A stretch of DNA of 64,000 nt from Schizochytrium sp. TIO01 (GCA_004764695.1 SMSO01000025.1:5186862-5250861), one strand, 5' to 3'. Shown: positions 23,348-35,830, counted from the stretch's first letter. The notes: a model not told the origin generated them from the sequence alone. Made by a program: numbers and translations.

Positions 23348-24118
23348 ATGGCGCGAACTCTTGACAGCAAGAATGTTTTGATCACTGGCGGATCTAAGAA
23401 CCTTGGCGCAGGCTTCGCGATCGATCTTGCCAAGCACGGAGTCCGTGCCGTTGGAATTCACTATAACTCGGCCAAATCGCTCAAGGACGCCGAGGAGACC
23501 GCCCGTAAGGTGGAAGAGGCCGGCGCCAAGGCCTTCTTGTACCAAGCCGACCTTACCGCCCGTGGCGCGATGGAGGATCTCTTCAAGAGTGCCAAGGAAG
23601 ACATGGGCTCGATTGACATCGCCATCAACTGCGCCGGGGTTTTGTACAAGCGCAAGATCGTGGACACCACCGAGGAAGAGATTGAGAATACGCTCAACGT
23701 GAACACCAAGGGCGGTTTCCTCTTTCTCAAGTACGCTGGCATCTACGTCAGTGACAATGGCAACGTGCTGAGCATCGTGACCTCCCTCATGGGCGGCTTC
23801 CAGCCCCTCTACGGGTCCTACACCGGGTCCAAGGCCGCCATTGAGCACTTCACTCGTGCCGCCGCCAAGGAGTTTGGCGAGCGCGGCATCTCCGTGAACT
23901 GCCTCGGCCCTGGCCCAATCAACAACGAGTTCTTCTATGCGGGCGCCACGCCTCAAGCTGCCGCTTTCCTCAAGAGCAACACCGCTTTGGGCGAGTTCTC
24001 CGCTTCGGGATTGTGCGAGACTGAAGACCTTGTGCCTTGGCCGCGTTTCCTGGCCACCGAAGGATGGTGGATGACCGGTCAGACCATGCTCCTCAATGGC
24101 GGCCTCTTCACCAAGTAA
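23348..24118 (+). CDS. Short-chain dehydrogenase/reductase, classical SDR (PRK12744-like, bacterial/fungal type)
   Basis: TGGSKNLG, IHYNS, QADLT, AINCAG, catalytic YTGSK, GPGPIN and C-terminal GWWMTGQTMLLNGGLFTK; intronless, GC-rich. Confidence 0.96.
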   Translation: MARTLDSKNVLITGGSKNLGAGFAIDLAKHGVRAVGIHYNSAKSLKDAEETARKVEEAGAKAFLYQADLTARGAMEDLFKSAKEDMGSIDIAINCAGVLYKRKIVDTTEEEIENTLNVNTKGGFLFLKYAGIYVSDNGNVLSIVTSLMGGFQPLYGSYTGSKAAIEHFTRAAAKEFGERGISVNCLGPGPINNEFFYAGATPQAAAFLKSNTALGEFSASGLCETEDLVPWPRFLATEGWWMTGQTMLLNGGLFTK

Positions 24119-25297
24119 ACTTTCCATCGAAAGCCACGTCTTCTGAAGCCATAAAGTAAGTAAATAAACAAGTAAGTATCTATGCTCAGTGTAAGTCTGG
24201 CGAATCCGCAGTTTCGAGGTAGAAGACGCAGGTACCCGGAGGAAGAACTGCTTTCATTCATGGATAGTCGATCCCCAAGTTTCATCATGAAAGGGAACAC
24301 AGCAGCACAAACCGAGATCAAAACTTGGTGTGATCTCGAGTGTGCTCCGCTTGAACTGAACTTTCTATTCTGTGTCTTCCCATCGAGTTGGTGGCGCGAT
24401 GGCGAAAGTCTGTAAGTCGTGGTGGTGAAAAAGGACGACCTAGCTAGTTGGTACCTCCTACATGGGTGGTGCTAAGCTATCCACTCGGTTGAAAGCTTAG
24501 CCATCCACAGAGCCTTGAAAGGGAAGCGATATAGCCGGCTTTCTGGCAAGCTTCAAACTGAGATGCGCTTGAGCCTTGACCAATGTCAACTCTAAATTAC
24601 GATGCTAAAAGATGCGAAAGTCTTTCGCTTGCTCTTTCCGTGGCTCGGTATTACGCCTTTGCAGGAAGATCTTGGAAGAAGCGTAATCTTGCTGAGCATC
24701 ACCAGTTAAAAGGAAAGTACTTTTTGGCACCGATGTAATGTGGGTTCATGGAAGAATAGTGTGTACCGTTACGCTTTTGGTCACTTTTGCATGGTTGTGT
24801 TTAGGTAATGAAAGTGAAGGAGAAGGAAAAGAACGATTGTGACCAAAAGTGAAAAGATGGTGAATTGATAATACTACTAAAGACACGTCCCTCACTCGTA
24901 GTGGTAGGATATGAGCGAACGGGTGAATGAATAGTTGAGTTAATAACATTGCATGAAAAGCAAGACTGAGATTCTTTGATAGAGCTGGCTGCATGGTTCC
25001 CTCGATGGTGTCGATAAGAGTAACATCATTCTAAAAGGAAGACCTGACGAAATAAACACGATAAGGATCTCATTGATTTTTATAGGTATCGACCCATAAT
25101 AAATCGTGAAGTGCAGCGCAGCAGGGTAGGTAATAAGGGTGCTTAGAAGCAAATTTCAAGCTGAGGTGGAAGAGCATAAACAGGAGTGCGAGCCGGGGAT
25201 AGTCCAAGAAAGCTTTCCAAAGTGGCCATGATCATTACGCGAGAGTTAGTGACGCGTGACCACTATTGAAGAACGGTTCTGTTTGAGTAGGAGATAA

Positions 25298-26638
25298 TTA
25301 CATGGTCATGTCGACCTCGAGGTCGTCAAGAGAGAACATGTTTTCGTTGCTGGCGAGGTACTCCTCCAGGGGCTTAATGACTTCATTAGAGGTAGGCGGT
25401 TCAATGTCCATAGGCCAGTTGAAGACGTGCTCTTCATCGTGGTCCGGCATGCGAAGCACAGCCTCGTCGCTGGTGAGCGGTGAGGGTTGCTCAGTGGTTT
25501 CGGGTGCCTCATAGGGACGAAAGTTATCCAGCTGCACGCTGTGGCGCAGACGCCGTGGCACAGTGCAGGCGTACACATCAAATTCTGTGATATCCACAAG
25601 CCACTCCTTGCCAAAACGGTCACGCACGTGCACATCAGGAATGCGACCAATGAAATGCCAAAAGTCCTCACGTCCATTCTCATCGTAGACCATGGGAACG
25701 CTAAGCCAATAGCTGAGGCACATGCGGAGCCTCCGGGCACGGTCATCCACGACCGCCATGGTATCGAGCCAGAACTTATAGTACCCAGGCTTGCTGTCAC
25801 AGCGCTGTTGCATCTCCTCGTGCGAGACAAACCAGTTGCACCAGTTGGGTCCTGCAAACATATGGCGCTTGCCCTGCTCAATAAGCACCATGTACGAGCA
25901 CGGTCTTGGTACATCGGTGCGCTTCTGGCGCAGGTACTCTTGCTGGCCTTCGGGCGGTGCAACGCAGTCTGCCTCAAAGTTCTTCACAGCACCAGCATCA
26001 AGGGCCTGGAACTCGGGGTTTCGTGGCAGACCCGGGTTCGCAAGAGTAGCAGGGAAGGGGATTTCCTCGCGAAGACCCAGGGCAATTGCCAAGGTGGTGA
26101 AGGCGTGAAGAAGTGGCAAGGAATTGTCTGCAGCACTCATTTCGCCCATAATCCGAGCGTACGACGCGAGAGCAGGGGGGGCTTGGCGAAGACCATTCTC
26201 GCGAAGAATTGAGCCCAAAGCACTCGCAAAGCGGTACTGCAAGAGACAGTTTGAGTGAGGAAATAGCGCCTCGAGAGCATCTTCCGAGATGCGCAGACGA
26301 CGGCGCTCTTCTTCGTGCTCGGCATCCATCGCGGGGCCGCTGGAACTTGATGAACTACGGCTCGCAGGTTGGGGCATAGGGCTAAAAGTCGAGGATGCCG
26401 ATGTGGATACGGTTGACGAAGATGGTTGCGACGAAGAAGCGGATGTAGAGACATGGGACGAAGAAGATGCTTGGGAAGCAGCAAGCTGAGGCATTGTCAC
26501 AGCAGGAGGACGTCCACGAGGTAGTTGTTCACGACGCACACAAACAAGCCCACGCTTAAGACAACGATCACATGCCTCCTCTTGCTCCTCCGGCATGGCA
26601 CACTTGCGGTGGGCACGATGACAGGCTTCACAGCTCAT
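25298..26638 (-). CDS. Zn(II)2Cys6 binuclear cluster transcription factor
   Basis: N-terminal CEACHRAHRKC-x9-CDRCLKRGLVC, then an RGRP motif, a Ser-rich linker and an acidic-hydrophobic C-terminal tail resembling an activation domain. Confidence 0.9.
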   Translation of the reverse strand: MSCEACHRAHRKCAMPEEQEEACDRCLKRGLVCVRREQLPRGRPPAVTMPQLAASQASSSSHVSTSASSSQPSSSTVSTSASSTFSPMPQPASRSSSSSSGPAMDAEHEEERRRLRISEDALEALFPHSNCLLQYRFASALGSILRENGLRQAPPALASYARIMGEMSAADNSLPLLHAFTTLAIALGLREEIPFPATLANPGLPRNPEFQALDAGAVKNFEADCVAPPEGQQEYLRQKRTDVPRPCSYMVLIEQGKRHMFAGPNWCNWFVSHEEMQQRCDSKPGYYKFWLDTMAVVDDRARRLRMCLSYWLSVPMVYDENGREDFWHFIGRIPDVHVRDRFGKEWLVDITEFDVYACTVPRRLRHSVQLDNFRPYEAPETTEQPSPLTSDEAVLRMPDHDEEHVFNWPMDIEPPTSNEVIKPLEEYLASNENMFSLDDLEVDMTM

Positions 26639-27171
26639 GGTTGCTTTCGATTTTGATTAACGTGTATATAAATTGGTTGCGTTCCGGGTTTGTTTTTGGT
26701 TTTTGGTCGAAATTGGTGCCAACCTTTTCTGAGACGGCTCAGGTTTTGATTAGGGTTTTGCTTATAAGATTTGATCCGCTTAGGCGAAATCAACAAATCC
26801 TCAAGCAAGCTTGATGAGATTTCGCGTCAGATGAGCACAGTCGAGCTCTACTGTGCTTTTCCTGGCTCAGAATGAAGCAAGACGACCAGAGTCACTCAGC
26901 AGCCGAAAGACCGACCACCTCAGCAGTAGCTGCGACGATGATGACGATGTGCGATGCTAGGGAGAGTCGATTCAGACAGATCGTTCGTCGAAGGCTCTGC
27001 CTTCTTAAGGTACTCCTGAAGCTCTCTGTGTGCGAGTTGGCGAGGGCGGGTCTCGGGTCTTTGAGCAGGCGGCGAGGCCCTGTCTTTTCGCGCTCTGCTA
27101 ACAGAGACAAACCGATCTCGCAGTTCGTCTGAAGACAAAAAGTTAGTAAAGATGCAGAAGAGTAGAGTTAA

Positions 27172-27221
27172 TAAAACAAACAAACAAACAAACCAACAAA
27201 CAAACAAAACAAAACAAAAAC
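27172..27221. repeat. (AAAC)n/(AAAAC)n microsatellite
   Basis: Seen directly. Confidence 0.9.
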
Positions 27222-28577
27222 AGAAAACTTTTTATATTATGCAAAATAAACTTGAAAGGGTTGTGAACGAGTGAAATAGCACGTCTTTCTCAAATATAAT
27301 TCTTTAAAAAAAATAAAGAATTCAATTTTAATTCATTTCATTTCTTTATTTATTATTAATTAAACCAGATACCTCCATTTCTTATAAGGTTTCTGATCTC
27401 CAATTTCGAGTTCATAGCATTGAATTAAAAAGATCCTCTGTACAACCTAGGAGAAGAAGCAGAACAAGCCTCCAAAGAACAGGCCATCCCGAAGAAGACG
27501 CAGCTCACTAGTTCTCTTTCGGTCGCCATACGCCCCCTCCTCAAAAAAGAAGCTCCGTACTTCGTTTCGTTGATTCCCCGCCTCAGCTTTTCATCATTTT
27601 ACTTCCTTTCGAGGTGTTGACCCGAGTCGACGTAAGTAAACTTTAAAAAAAGAAAAGAAAAGAAAAAGTTTATCTTTGATTCCGGTATACGTAAGTAAGT
27701 AAGTAGGAAATAAATAAATAAATAAATAAATTATAAAAGTGAGTAAGTCATTCATTCCGTGAAAGGAAGTAAGGAAGGAAGGATCATTGGAATTGAGGGC
27801 TTCCAAGTACACGCCTGAAGGCGCCTTCTCTCAGGCCTGGGAGTCTGGCATATGGCAATCGCCCTAAACTGCCTCGGCGGGCGTTACGCCTGTTCCCACT
27901 CTGAAACGTGTAGTGTGGTCCAAGCTCGAGAGCAGGACGTGGCAATTTCTATTTGACAATGTGCTCGCGGCGAACTGTATGCATTGCGTGAGGACTGGCC
28001 AAGTGTTGGCTTCTTTCTTCTTTCTTCTGACCTTCTCTGCGATTTCTGTTTCTATCCCTATCACTATATAAGAAAAAAGAAAGAAAGAGTGATGTAATGT
28101 ACTGTAATTGAATTATAAGTAAGATAGAAAGACTCCCTCAGCTTTCGTCTTTCAGTATTCACAATCGCATTTTTCATGGTTCTTTTTACTGTTTTTAATT
28201 AATATATTAGAGTAGACTTTATTAACTTATTTGTTTGTTTGTTTATTCAGTTAAATGGAATAGATATCATAGAGTGCGTATGGATGTTCTAGTCTAACAG
28301 AGGAAGTGCTACGGGCAAGCGTAGGCGCTCCTAGTGCCCCGGCGCACTTTTCTTTTCATTCATCTCTTTTGCTGGGAGTGCGCATTTTGTTTCACAGTTT
28401 CGAGTTGTTTCTTAGCTTGTTTCTCAATTTCAATTTCAAGTTGTGTGTCTCGTGGCTCCTTCTTCCATCGTTCTGTTGTTGACAGAGCAAAGCTGCTCCG
28501 CGTGGCATGAAAACCCGCAGAAGAAGTCTGCGTCTCGTTGAAGGTTTCTGGTTGGTATTCCGATCGATCGGTTGCAT

Positions 28578-28664
28578 TGCTTTGCTTTGCTCTGCTTTGC
28601 TTTGCTTTGCTTTGCTCTGCTTTGCTCTGCTTTGCTCTGCTTTGCTCTGCTTTGCTCTGCTTTG
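28578..28664. repeat. (GCTTT/GCTCT)n pentanucleotide repeat
   Basis: Seen directly. Confidence 0.95.
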
Positions 28665-28932
28665 GCGAAAGAAAGCTTTGCTTCTGTAAGTTCTATGGCC
28701 AAACTCACTCATATCTTCAACTGAGCCATTCGTAAAGGACGATGATCTTTCGTTCGTGGAAAGATCGACAGAAGTCGTGCGCCGTGCACCTGAAAGCTTG
28801 CGATCGATGGGCTCGCCAGGCCTCAGCAGTTTCCACCGCTTCACTTGCAGGACCAAGACGACGTGGGCTCTGAGCGGCGTTCTGAGGCGAGCTGGAAAAG
28901 AGTTCGGGCTGCCAGAGATGAATTCGTGATTC

Positions 28933-29087
28933 ATGAATGAATGAATAAACGAATAAACGAATGAACGAACGAATGAATGAATGAATGAATGAATAATGAA
29001 TAAAAAAATGAATGAATGAAAAAATGAATGAATGAAAAAATGAATGAATGAAAAAATGAATGAATAAGAAAACGAATGAATGAATGA
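28933..29087. repeat. Imperfect (GAAT)n microsatellite
   Basis: Seen directly. Confidence 0.95.
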
Positions 29088-32000
29088 AAACCTTTTGTCA
29101 TAAGCACCATTGCGATCGACAAAGCGAAGAGGCATCAGAGTGGAACTTGGGCCTGAAAACAAGCTGCCTTCAAGAGGCGAAGAAAGCTCATGCTGTCAGC
29201 TGCGACTTCGACCTTGACTTTGACTTCTTCGCTGTAATCATGAATGAATGACTGTAGATTGTGCCACCGAATGTTTCTTTATAAAATACACAAACTGTTG
29301 GAAACATGATCATCTACGAAATAGCGAACAAACAAACAAATAAACAAACAAACACGTTCGCAGTTCATCACCTCTGCCGCCATGAAACAAGCTCCAGGCT
29401 TCTGCAGCCCGCGATCCTTAAGAATCAGACGCTCCAAGCCAGCCAGGCGGAGATCTTTGAGCCTTGAATGCTTCGACGTCCTCTGCGACCGTGGCCAACG
29501 AAAGAAGACGAAGACGAAGACGAAGACGAGGACATAGAAGGCTTTCGCAGCGCCCTTCCCTCCTGCGCCGTGTCCTGTATCATTGGCCAGTTCTCACCAC
29601 TCCCACAATTGCTCTCCTGCGGGACTCGTAGTCGGGCTTCTCCTAGCAAGGTGCCAGTGTACCGGACCTCGCGTATCTGCTTGGGCCTTTCTCCATCAGA
29701 GAGAGGAAACTTTGCGGAGATGAGCTCGAAAGATTGGCTGTAGACAATCGATCGATCGACCATCATCAATCAGTCGATCAGAATCCAAGAAGGGCTTCTT
29801 CATGAAACCTGGCAAGAGCAGCTGCCGTTTATTGGCGGGCAGCTTCTGAAGCAAGTTAGTTGGCTTGAAGAGCATTGCTTCCTTCTAGGTCTTTGGGGAA
29901 AGGAAGGCCAACATTGTTGGCCTTTCGAAGGGTTCTTCCTTTGGCTTGCAAACTCGAAGGAGAGGGAGAAAGGGATAAGGCCGAATTCCTTTCTACTATT
30001 ATTGATGGGTTGCGGGTTTTTGGCGTCGTTGTAGATGCCCGCCTTGACGGATTACACAGTTTAACAAAGCTATGGGCAGGAGATACCTTTGGAGACAGAA
30101 ACTCAAGCAAAAGCGTCGGCTTGGAGACGTAAAACACGCCGTGTTTGGGCATCATAAGGCGGGCCCATTGGCTGTTCTAGCTAGCTTTGGGGGTTTCGTT
30201 CTTTCACGACACGAGAGCTAGCTGACGATGATGATGATTGTGTCACCTTGCACATGAATTACGTGTATGTGTATGTATGTGTCATCGTGAAAGCAAACTT
30301 GCGATAACGGTGGACAGTCTTGCTTCTCGATCCGTACGCAGTGCCTTAGTTGTACGTGTCCACTATCGTTGCTCAAGGTGACGCAGCCTCAGGACCATGC
30401 TGTCGTGGAGCTAACACGCCCGCCCGCCTCGGGGAGGCTTTATGTTCAGGCGATGATTGTTTGGCTCAGAGAGGCCAAAGAAATTGTTGGGGAAAAGGAG
30501 CGTCACAAGGCGAAGGACAGGAGATGAGTTGGCAACTTGAAGGAATGGATTGGCGTGATGAACAGCGAAATGATGCCATGCTAGCCACAGATAGCATCGA
30601 AGAACTTACTTCAACATGAGATTTATTTCAAAGAGTTAGTCTGAATGGATTTCGTATCCAAGACTGATAAATCGCGGGGATCGGCTCCTGGAATTGATCG
30701 AGCTAGACGGCTGCAATCTTTATACAAGGTCAAGGGCTACCTAACACAACGTAGAGATGATTGAGCTCAGTTGACTGACATCTAGGAGGAGCACGAAGCC
30801 AAAGAGCGGGCCTAATTGATGAATGCCAGTAAGCACGTACAAGTGCGGCTACAAACTGACGCAGAATACATGAGAACCAATTGCGGGGTATAAATTCTGA
30901 TTATAGCTTCGCAATGCTGCCTCAAAATAGAACTTAGTACCTGGTGTACCTGAATAAATCTGTGCCGCTCAGTTATGCCCAAAAGCTTTTAAAGCTTGCC
31001 AGGTGGGTGTTTTTACTAATGTATTGTGAGAGTTACTTGGCGATGAGCTCCAACTTTCCGCATTATCTGTTCTTCGCCAGCGATTGTCGTCTGTGTCCCG
31101 CTCATTTAAAGACGAGTCCTATATCCGTAAACGTTCAGTCGATGATGAGCTTTGCAGATTTGCTTTCTGCATTGGTGATCGTGCATACAGCTCTGGCTGG
31201 CAATCTTATAGATTCTGGTCGAGTCAAATATAATGAAGTTTATGTGCAAGTTTGCGAAATGCCTGCAAAGTTACATCTTAATTGGTCGTGAGCAAGATCA
31301 TGATAAAACCACCGACCAAGCTAGGCTCCGTCCTTTGGAGGCTCGAGGCTTGACTTCGAAAGAAAGTCAAGTACGCCAGAGTGGGTCGCACGGATGCGAA
31401 CTCAGCAATGCTGCCAGGAAAATAAGTTTTCGTAAATTCGCTTGAAGACAAGATCCCAAAGACGGAAACTGTGTGGTCGCTTTTGTAAGTGGCTGAAGAT
31501 TGCTTGGCCACGAGGAATCACAATCGTTCGATAATGACGATCCTCTTCTCACTCGCTTCCTATGCGTGCACTTGGAGCCTGGCTGGCTGCAAATGCTTAA
31601 TTTTGATTCCTATTGCCCACCTTCACTAGCTCACTCCTCAGAAGTTAGCCTATCTACTTCTACTCGCTACTACATGATGATGCCGGTGCCGTGGTACATG
31701 TCGAAAAGGAGACTTTTTCAAGTGATCCCTCCTTTAACTAAAGTATTAAAGGGAAGGCCTGGAAGTCGTCTCACTTTTAGTCGCACCTTATGTTTTTGAT
31801 AAAAGTAGGTACCTAAGGAGGTTGTTGCGTAGTGACCAAGGTTCGATAATTTACGCTGGCACAGAGGCCAAGAGCTGCTGCCCTGAACAAGTTTTATAAA
31901 TCTTCTCAGCGAAGTATCCGAGAAGGACTGGGCGAGTCTGGAAAGTCGAATGCTTGTGCAGCAAGTAGATTAATGCATGTGTATGTGTATGTTTATAATT

Positions 32001-33093
32001 TTATTTTTTACTTCGAACTGATGAGCTTTTCTTCTCTTTTCTTTTTTCTATTTAATTTAAAAAAAAAAAAGAACTGGAACTTGTAGGCAAACAAGTAAAC
32101 AATAAAAAACAATAAATCTTCAATCTGCTAGGCTCTTGACTATGAGGTAGTATATATAAACAAAAGCCTGGCCATTCAATTTTATAACATTTTATCATGT
32201 GTCATGATGTATGCTTTCATTTTAAAATTACCAAACGAATAAAAGATAAAAGATAAAGAAAAACTAAAAAAGATCTCTTCTTGGCGGCTCAAGCTATGGA
32301 AAGGCTTGTTCAGCTCAAGGAGGCGTCGATCCATTCATATCTGGTTTCGATCTACAAGCGTACGGCGCTCGAAACCAGGTAAATCGGCGCAATAACAAAC
32401 CGATTCCTAAATCTGAAGATGTAAAGGCACATTACAGTGGTTTGGCAGATGGTCAAATGCCGGAGCAGCAGTCGGCTTTCAAGGCCTCGCGAAGTACAAA
32501 TTCACGAGAGCGCGGCACTCCCAATGTCGTGAATCGTGCTGTAGTGGCAAAACAAATTAATGCTACGAAAGAAACGAATGCACACGCATGATACTTTGCG
32601 TTGTGAAACTCTAAAAGTTTTCATTCAAGTAGAGAGCAAAAGAATAAAAATAGCTAGCTGATAAGCGTGCTGCAATGACCAGAATTTCGCTCTTTCTAAA
32701 CTAACAAAGGCGTAAATATATGAGCTACCCAGGTTAGAGGCTAATCCGTAGATACTAGGAAGAGGTAAAATCGATGCCACAAAAGGAAGAAAAGATGATT
32801 TGATTTAGGTTGGACATTTTATGAAGGTATGCTTGCTGGCCTTGTTTAGAGATTAGACAATGATGTGCAAAAGCATGGTTTAGTGGATAGCAACGGGCAG
32901 GTAAAAACAAATAGATCTACGAAGCGAGAAAAGTCTAGGTGTTTTAGATCTCAGGTTCAAATTGCTGTGAGACTGACCAAAGCAAACAGACCTAGCCACA
33001 ACTTGCAAAACACATGGCATTGAACAGGTCAAGTGTGCATGCGTGAAACACGGGAATGATTAGTCGGCAGGAAAGAAAAATAACGAAGTATAT

Positions 33094-33746
33094 CTAGTAC
33101 TCCTCGCCCTCAGGAGGCTGGTGGTGACGGCTGGCACGCTTCATCTGCTCACGCAAGTAGCAGAGGCAAGTGGCAATGGAGCAGTCGCGATTCCAACCAG
33201 GGATGCGGGACACTGCGCCCGTGGTCTGATCAACACAACTCATGTTAATCTTGGTCACAAAGGTAATCTCTGGAGGGTTGTCAGGGTAAGATTCATCACA
33301 GTAAACCTTGAGAGAAAAGATACGATCACCAAGGCTAGTGTTTTGCGGACCAATGATGCTGGCGTTCCAGCTTGACAGGGTAATGTCCTCAGGGTCGGCG
33401 AGGCCTAACAATAGTTTCATCCATTACATCCAGTTCATTTTCCCAAACGGTCATCACACAGAAAGAAATGTCTTGGTCAGTAATTCTGCTTTTAATTCCT
33501 CAATCAGGCCAAACCAAAAGCTCTGTCATAAAAATCTTCTACACAGCACCTACCATAAGATACGAAGCCTGCGTGAGGGGCAGGGACACCGCCACCCTTC
33601 TCTCCCTGCTCGAGCTCCTCAAGAAGCTTGAAGCTCCGTGGAACTGTTTCAAAAAGGAAATTAGAACACTGATACATTAGAATCTCATTTCTTCAAAATG
33701 ACCTTTGCATTGTATAGAATAACTTACCAATGACAGGAGCAGCCAT
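33094..33746 (-). CDS. MMS2: Ubiquitin-conjugating enzyme E2 variant (Mms2/UBE2V), 139 aa; 3 exons: 33746-33728, 33643-33554, 33404-33094
   Basis: Spliced product MAAPVIVPRSFKLLEELEQGEKG...VSYGLADPEDITLSSWNASIIGP...YPDNPP...KINMSCVD...QPPEGEEY; both introns are GT-AG and keep frame. Confidence 0.95.
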
Positions 33747-34009
33747 GATTTTAACTTAGTATGTCTTCTACTCGAAAATTTGGATAAAGCTATTTATTAT
33801 CCATTAGCACGAATTTTTTTTGACGATAGCCAGGGTTTCTCCAAGGTTATATCCAAATAATAGGTTGTCGAGAATTGATCAAAGTCATCCGTCCACAGAA
33901 TTGAGAACCGAGGCGCAGTCATTAAGTTTCATGAAGCTATTTAAGTTAGTTTGCCCGCCCATTTGCACATGAACACTAATCTCCGTATCTTATGCATCTT
34001 ATCTCTTAG

Positions 34010-34190
34010 CAGAATTATCTTCCCCCCCTCCCTCGAAATTATCAGAATAATGTTTTTGATCTAAACAAAGGAATCTCCACTCTCTATATCCTCTGCACCC
34101 CTTGCCAGGATGATTTGCCCCGGCGTCCTCCCAAGAGCTATCAGAATAATGCTCTTCGATCTTAGGGGATAAATCTCCGCTGTTCATATG
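34010..34190. repeat. Degenerate two-copy direct repeat (~100 bp period)
   Basis: tatcagaataatg...gatct...aatctcc(a/g)ct starts at ~34040 and again at ~34139. Confidence 0.6.
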
Positions 34191-35830
34191 CCTTTCGTTG
34201 CTCTATATTAAAAACAAAAGAACAACAAAAAAACACGAAAACTAGAGACGGTGACAGGTAACCCAAGGAATAAAATACTCCAAATAAAGTATTGCTTCCA
34301 GCTCAAGCTGTGCAGAGCAGCGGTACCTCCCGAGAGTGCTGTCAGCATCTCCACAGGGCTAGCGACTTTGCAAAGGCTTTCGATTAGGCCACGACATATC
34401 TGACTTCTCACAAACTCTAGCGCCGCAAGCAGGCTGCACACTGCTCAAGATACCCCTGCAGGAGCCACGAAAGGAATGTACATTATCCGATACATATGCA
34501 ACGCACCGCTCTCAAAGCTTCGCCAAAGCGAGTCTGCAGCAAAAGCACCGTCGCGGCGATGGTCTTCTCTTTCTTCGCCTCCTTCATAATAACAGTAATA
34601 ACAGTAATAGTCGTACCTAGCCTTTGATGCGCTAAACACGAGGCAAGAACTTTGGGAATATTTAGAACTCCAAGAACTCCAAGAACTCAAAGTATATCCA
34701 GAATTTTAGGAACAACTAGAACATACGTACGAGGTAGTTAGTTACCTTGCTAGGTTCACCGTCGGATGTGAAAAAGGAGTTGCTGGTAGGTACTTGAAAG
34801 TGCAGCGATTATAATCGTTGCAAAACTGAAGAATGAACGGCAATTTGCACCCAAAGTCTCAGTCAAAGACCTTTAGTTCATACGCCCAAATTGGGCGATA
34901 AAGCTTGACGAATCCTCACAAGAGGCCTGGCAAAGAATGGCAAAGCCTTTGGCGTACTACAAGGCCTAGTTTGGTACGCTAGTCTCGTAGAGAGTAATCC
35001 GTAGATAGGGAAGGACTCTGTGAGAAGATAGAGAGGGGAAAAAAAGGCGCTGCTTAGTGATATGCTCCTAAGCGCCCTCTAGGGGCTCTTAGGTACATAG
35101 TCCTCTCCTGAATAGTCTACAGTGCAAAGGTCCTATAAATGGGGAATTGAGTTTGTTTCACTTACAGAGATAGTTTAGTGCACTTGTGTTGGCCTTTTCG
35201 AGTGGATATTGTTCTGCAGGGTAGACCTTCAAAGGTACTAGGACACTATTACCAGCGCATGATAGAACAAAGAGGAGCGAACGATAGAAGAGAAGAGATA
35301 AGGGAGAAGAAGGGGTGCTCGATCAGTCCACGATCGAAGCTTGCGGCGGCTGCAGGCAGAGCGGTTTCCGGTGCCCTTGGGCTCTGAGAGGGCGTTGGGA
35401 GACTGCCTCCAAGCCCTGCGATTCAGGCGTCTGCGGAGGGTCAACAGTGTTTTTGACCAGCTGTGACATTGGTGCAGGAAAAACCTCACGTTTGGTCATC
35501 CTTTCTTTTCTTTTCCTGCAGCGTTGATACATAGAAAGAGAGAGGAGCTCGTTTGTTCTTCGTCCTCTGTGGTGAAGACGACCTCGCGACTTCATAACAC
35601 TGCCCAGTGTTAAGCTAAATATCTAGAAAGCTCACGAGGCACTAAACGTGAAGTCTTGAGAAATTGGCACTGAGGTTGCGGCTTTCAAGTCTCGTATCCT
35701 CAATATTTTCAGAGTTTCTGGAGTTCTGGCCAAGTTAAGAAATCGAACTCAAGGTTGAAATTAGCATTGCTATCGACAAATAGTGTAAGCTCGTCTCGCA
35801 ACAATTAACGAGGGAAGAATCAACGTAAGA

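Noticed and set aside
21541-24127. Long antisense ORFs opposite the 198 aa gene (214 aa) and the SDR (278 aa)
   Set aside because: Expected shadow of strong codon bias; both start at non-ATG codons and have no motifs.
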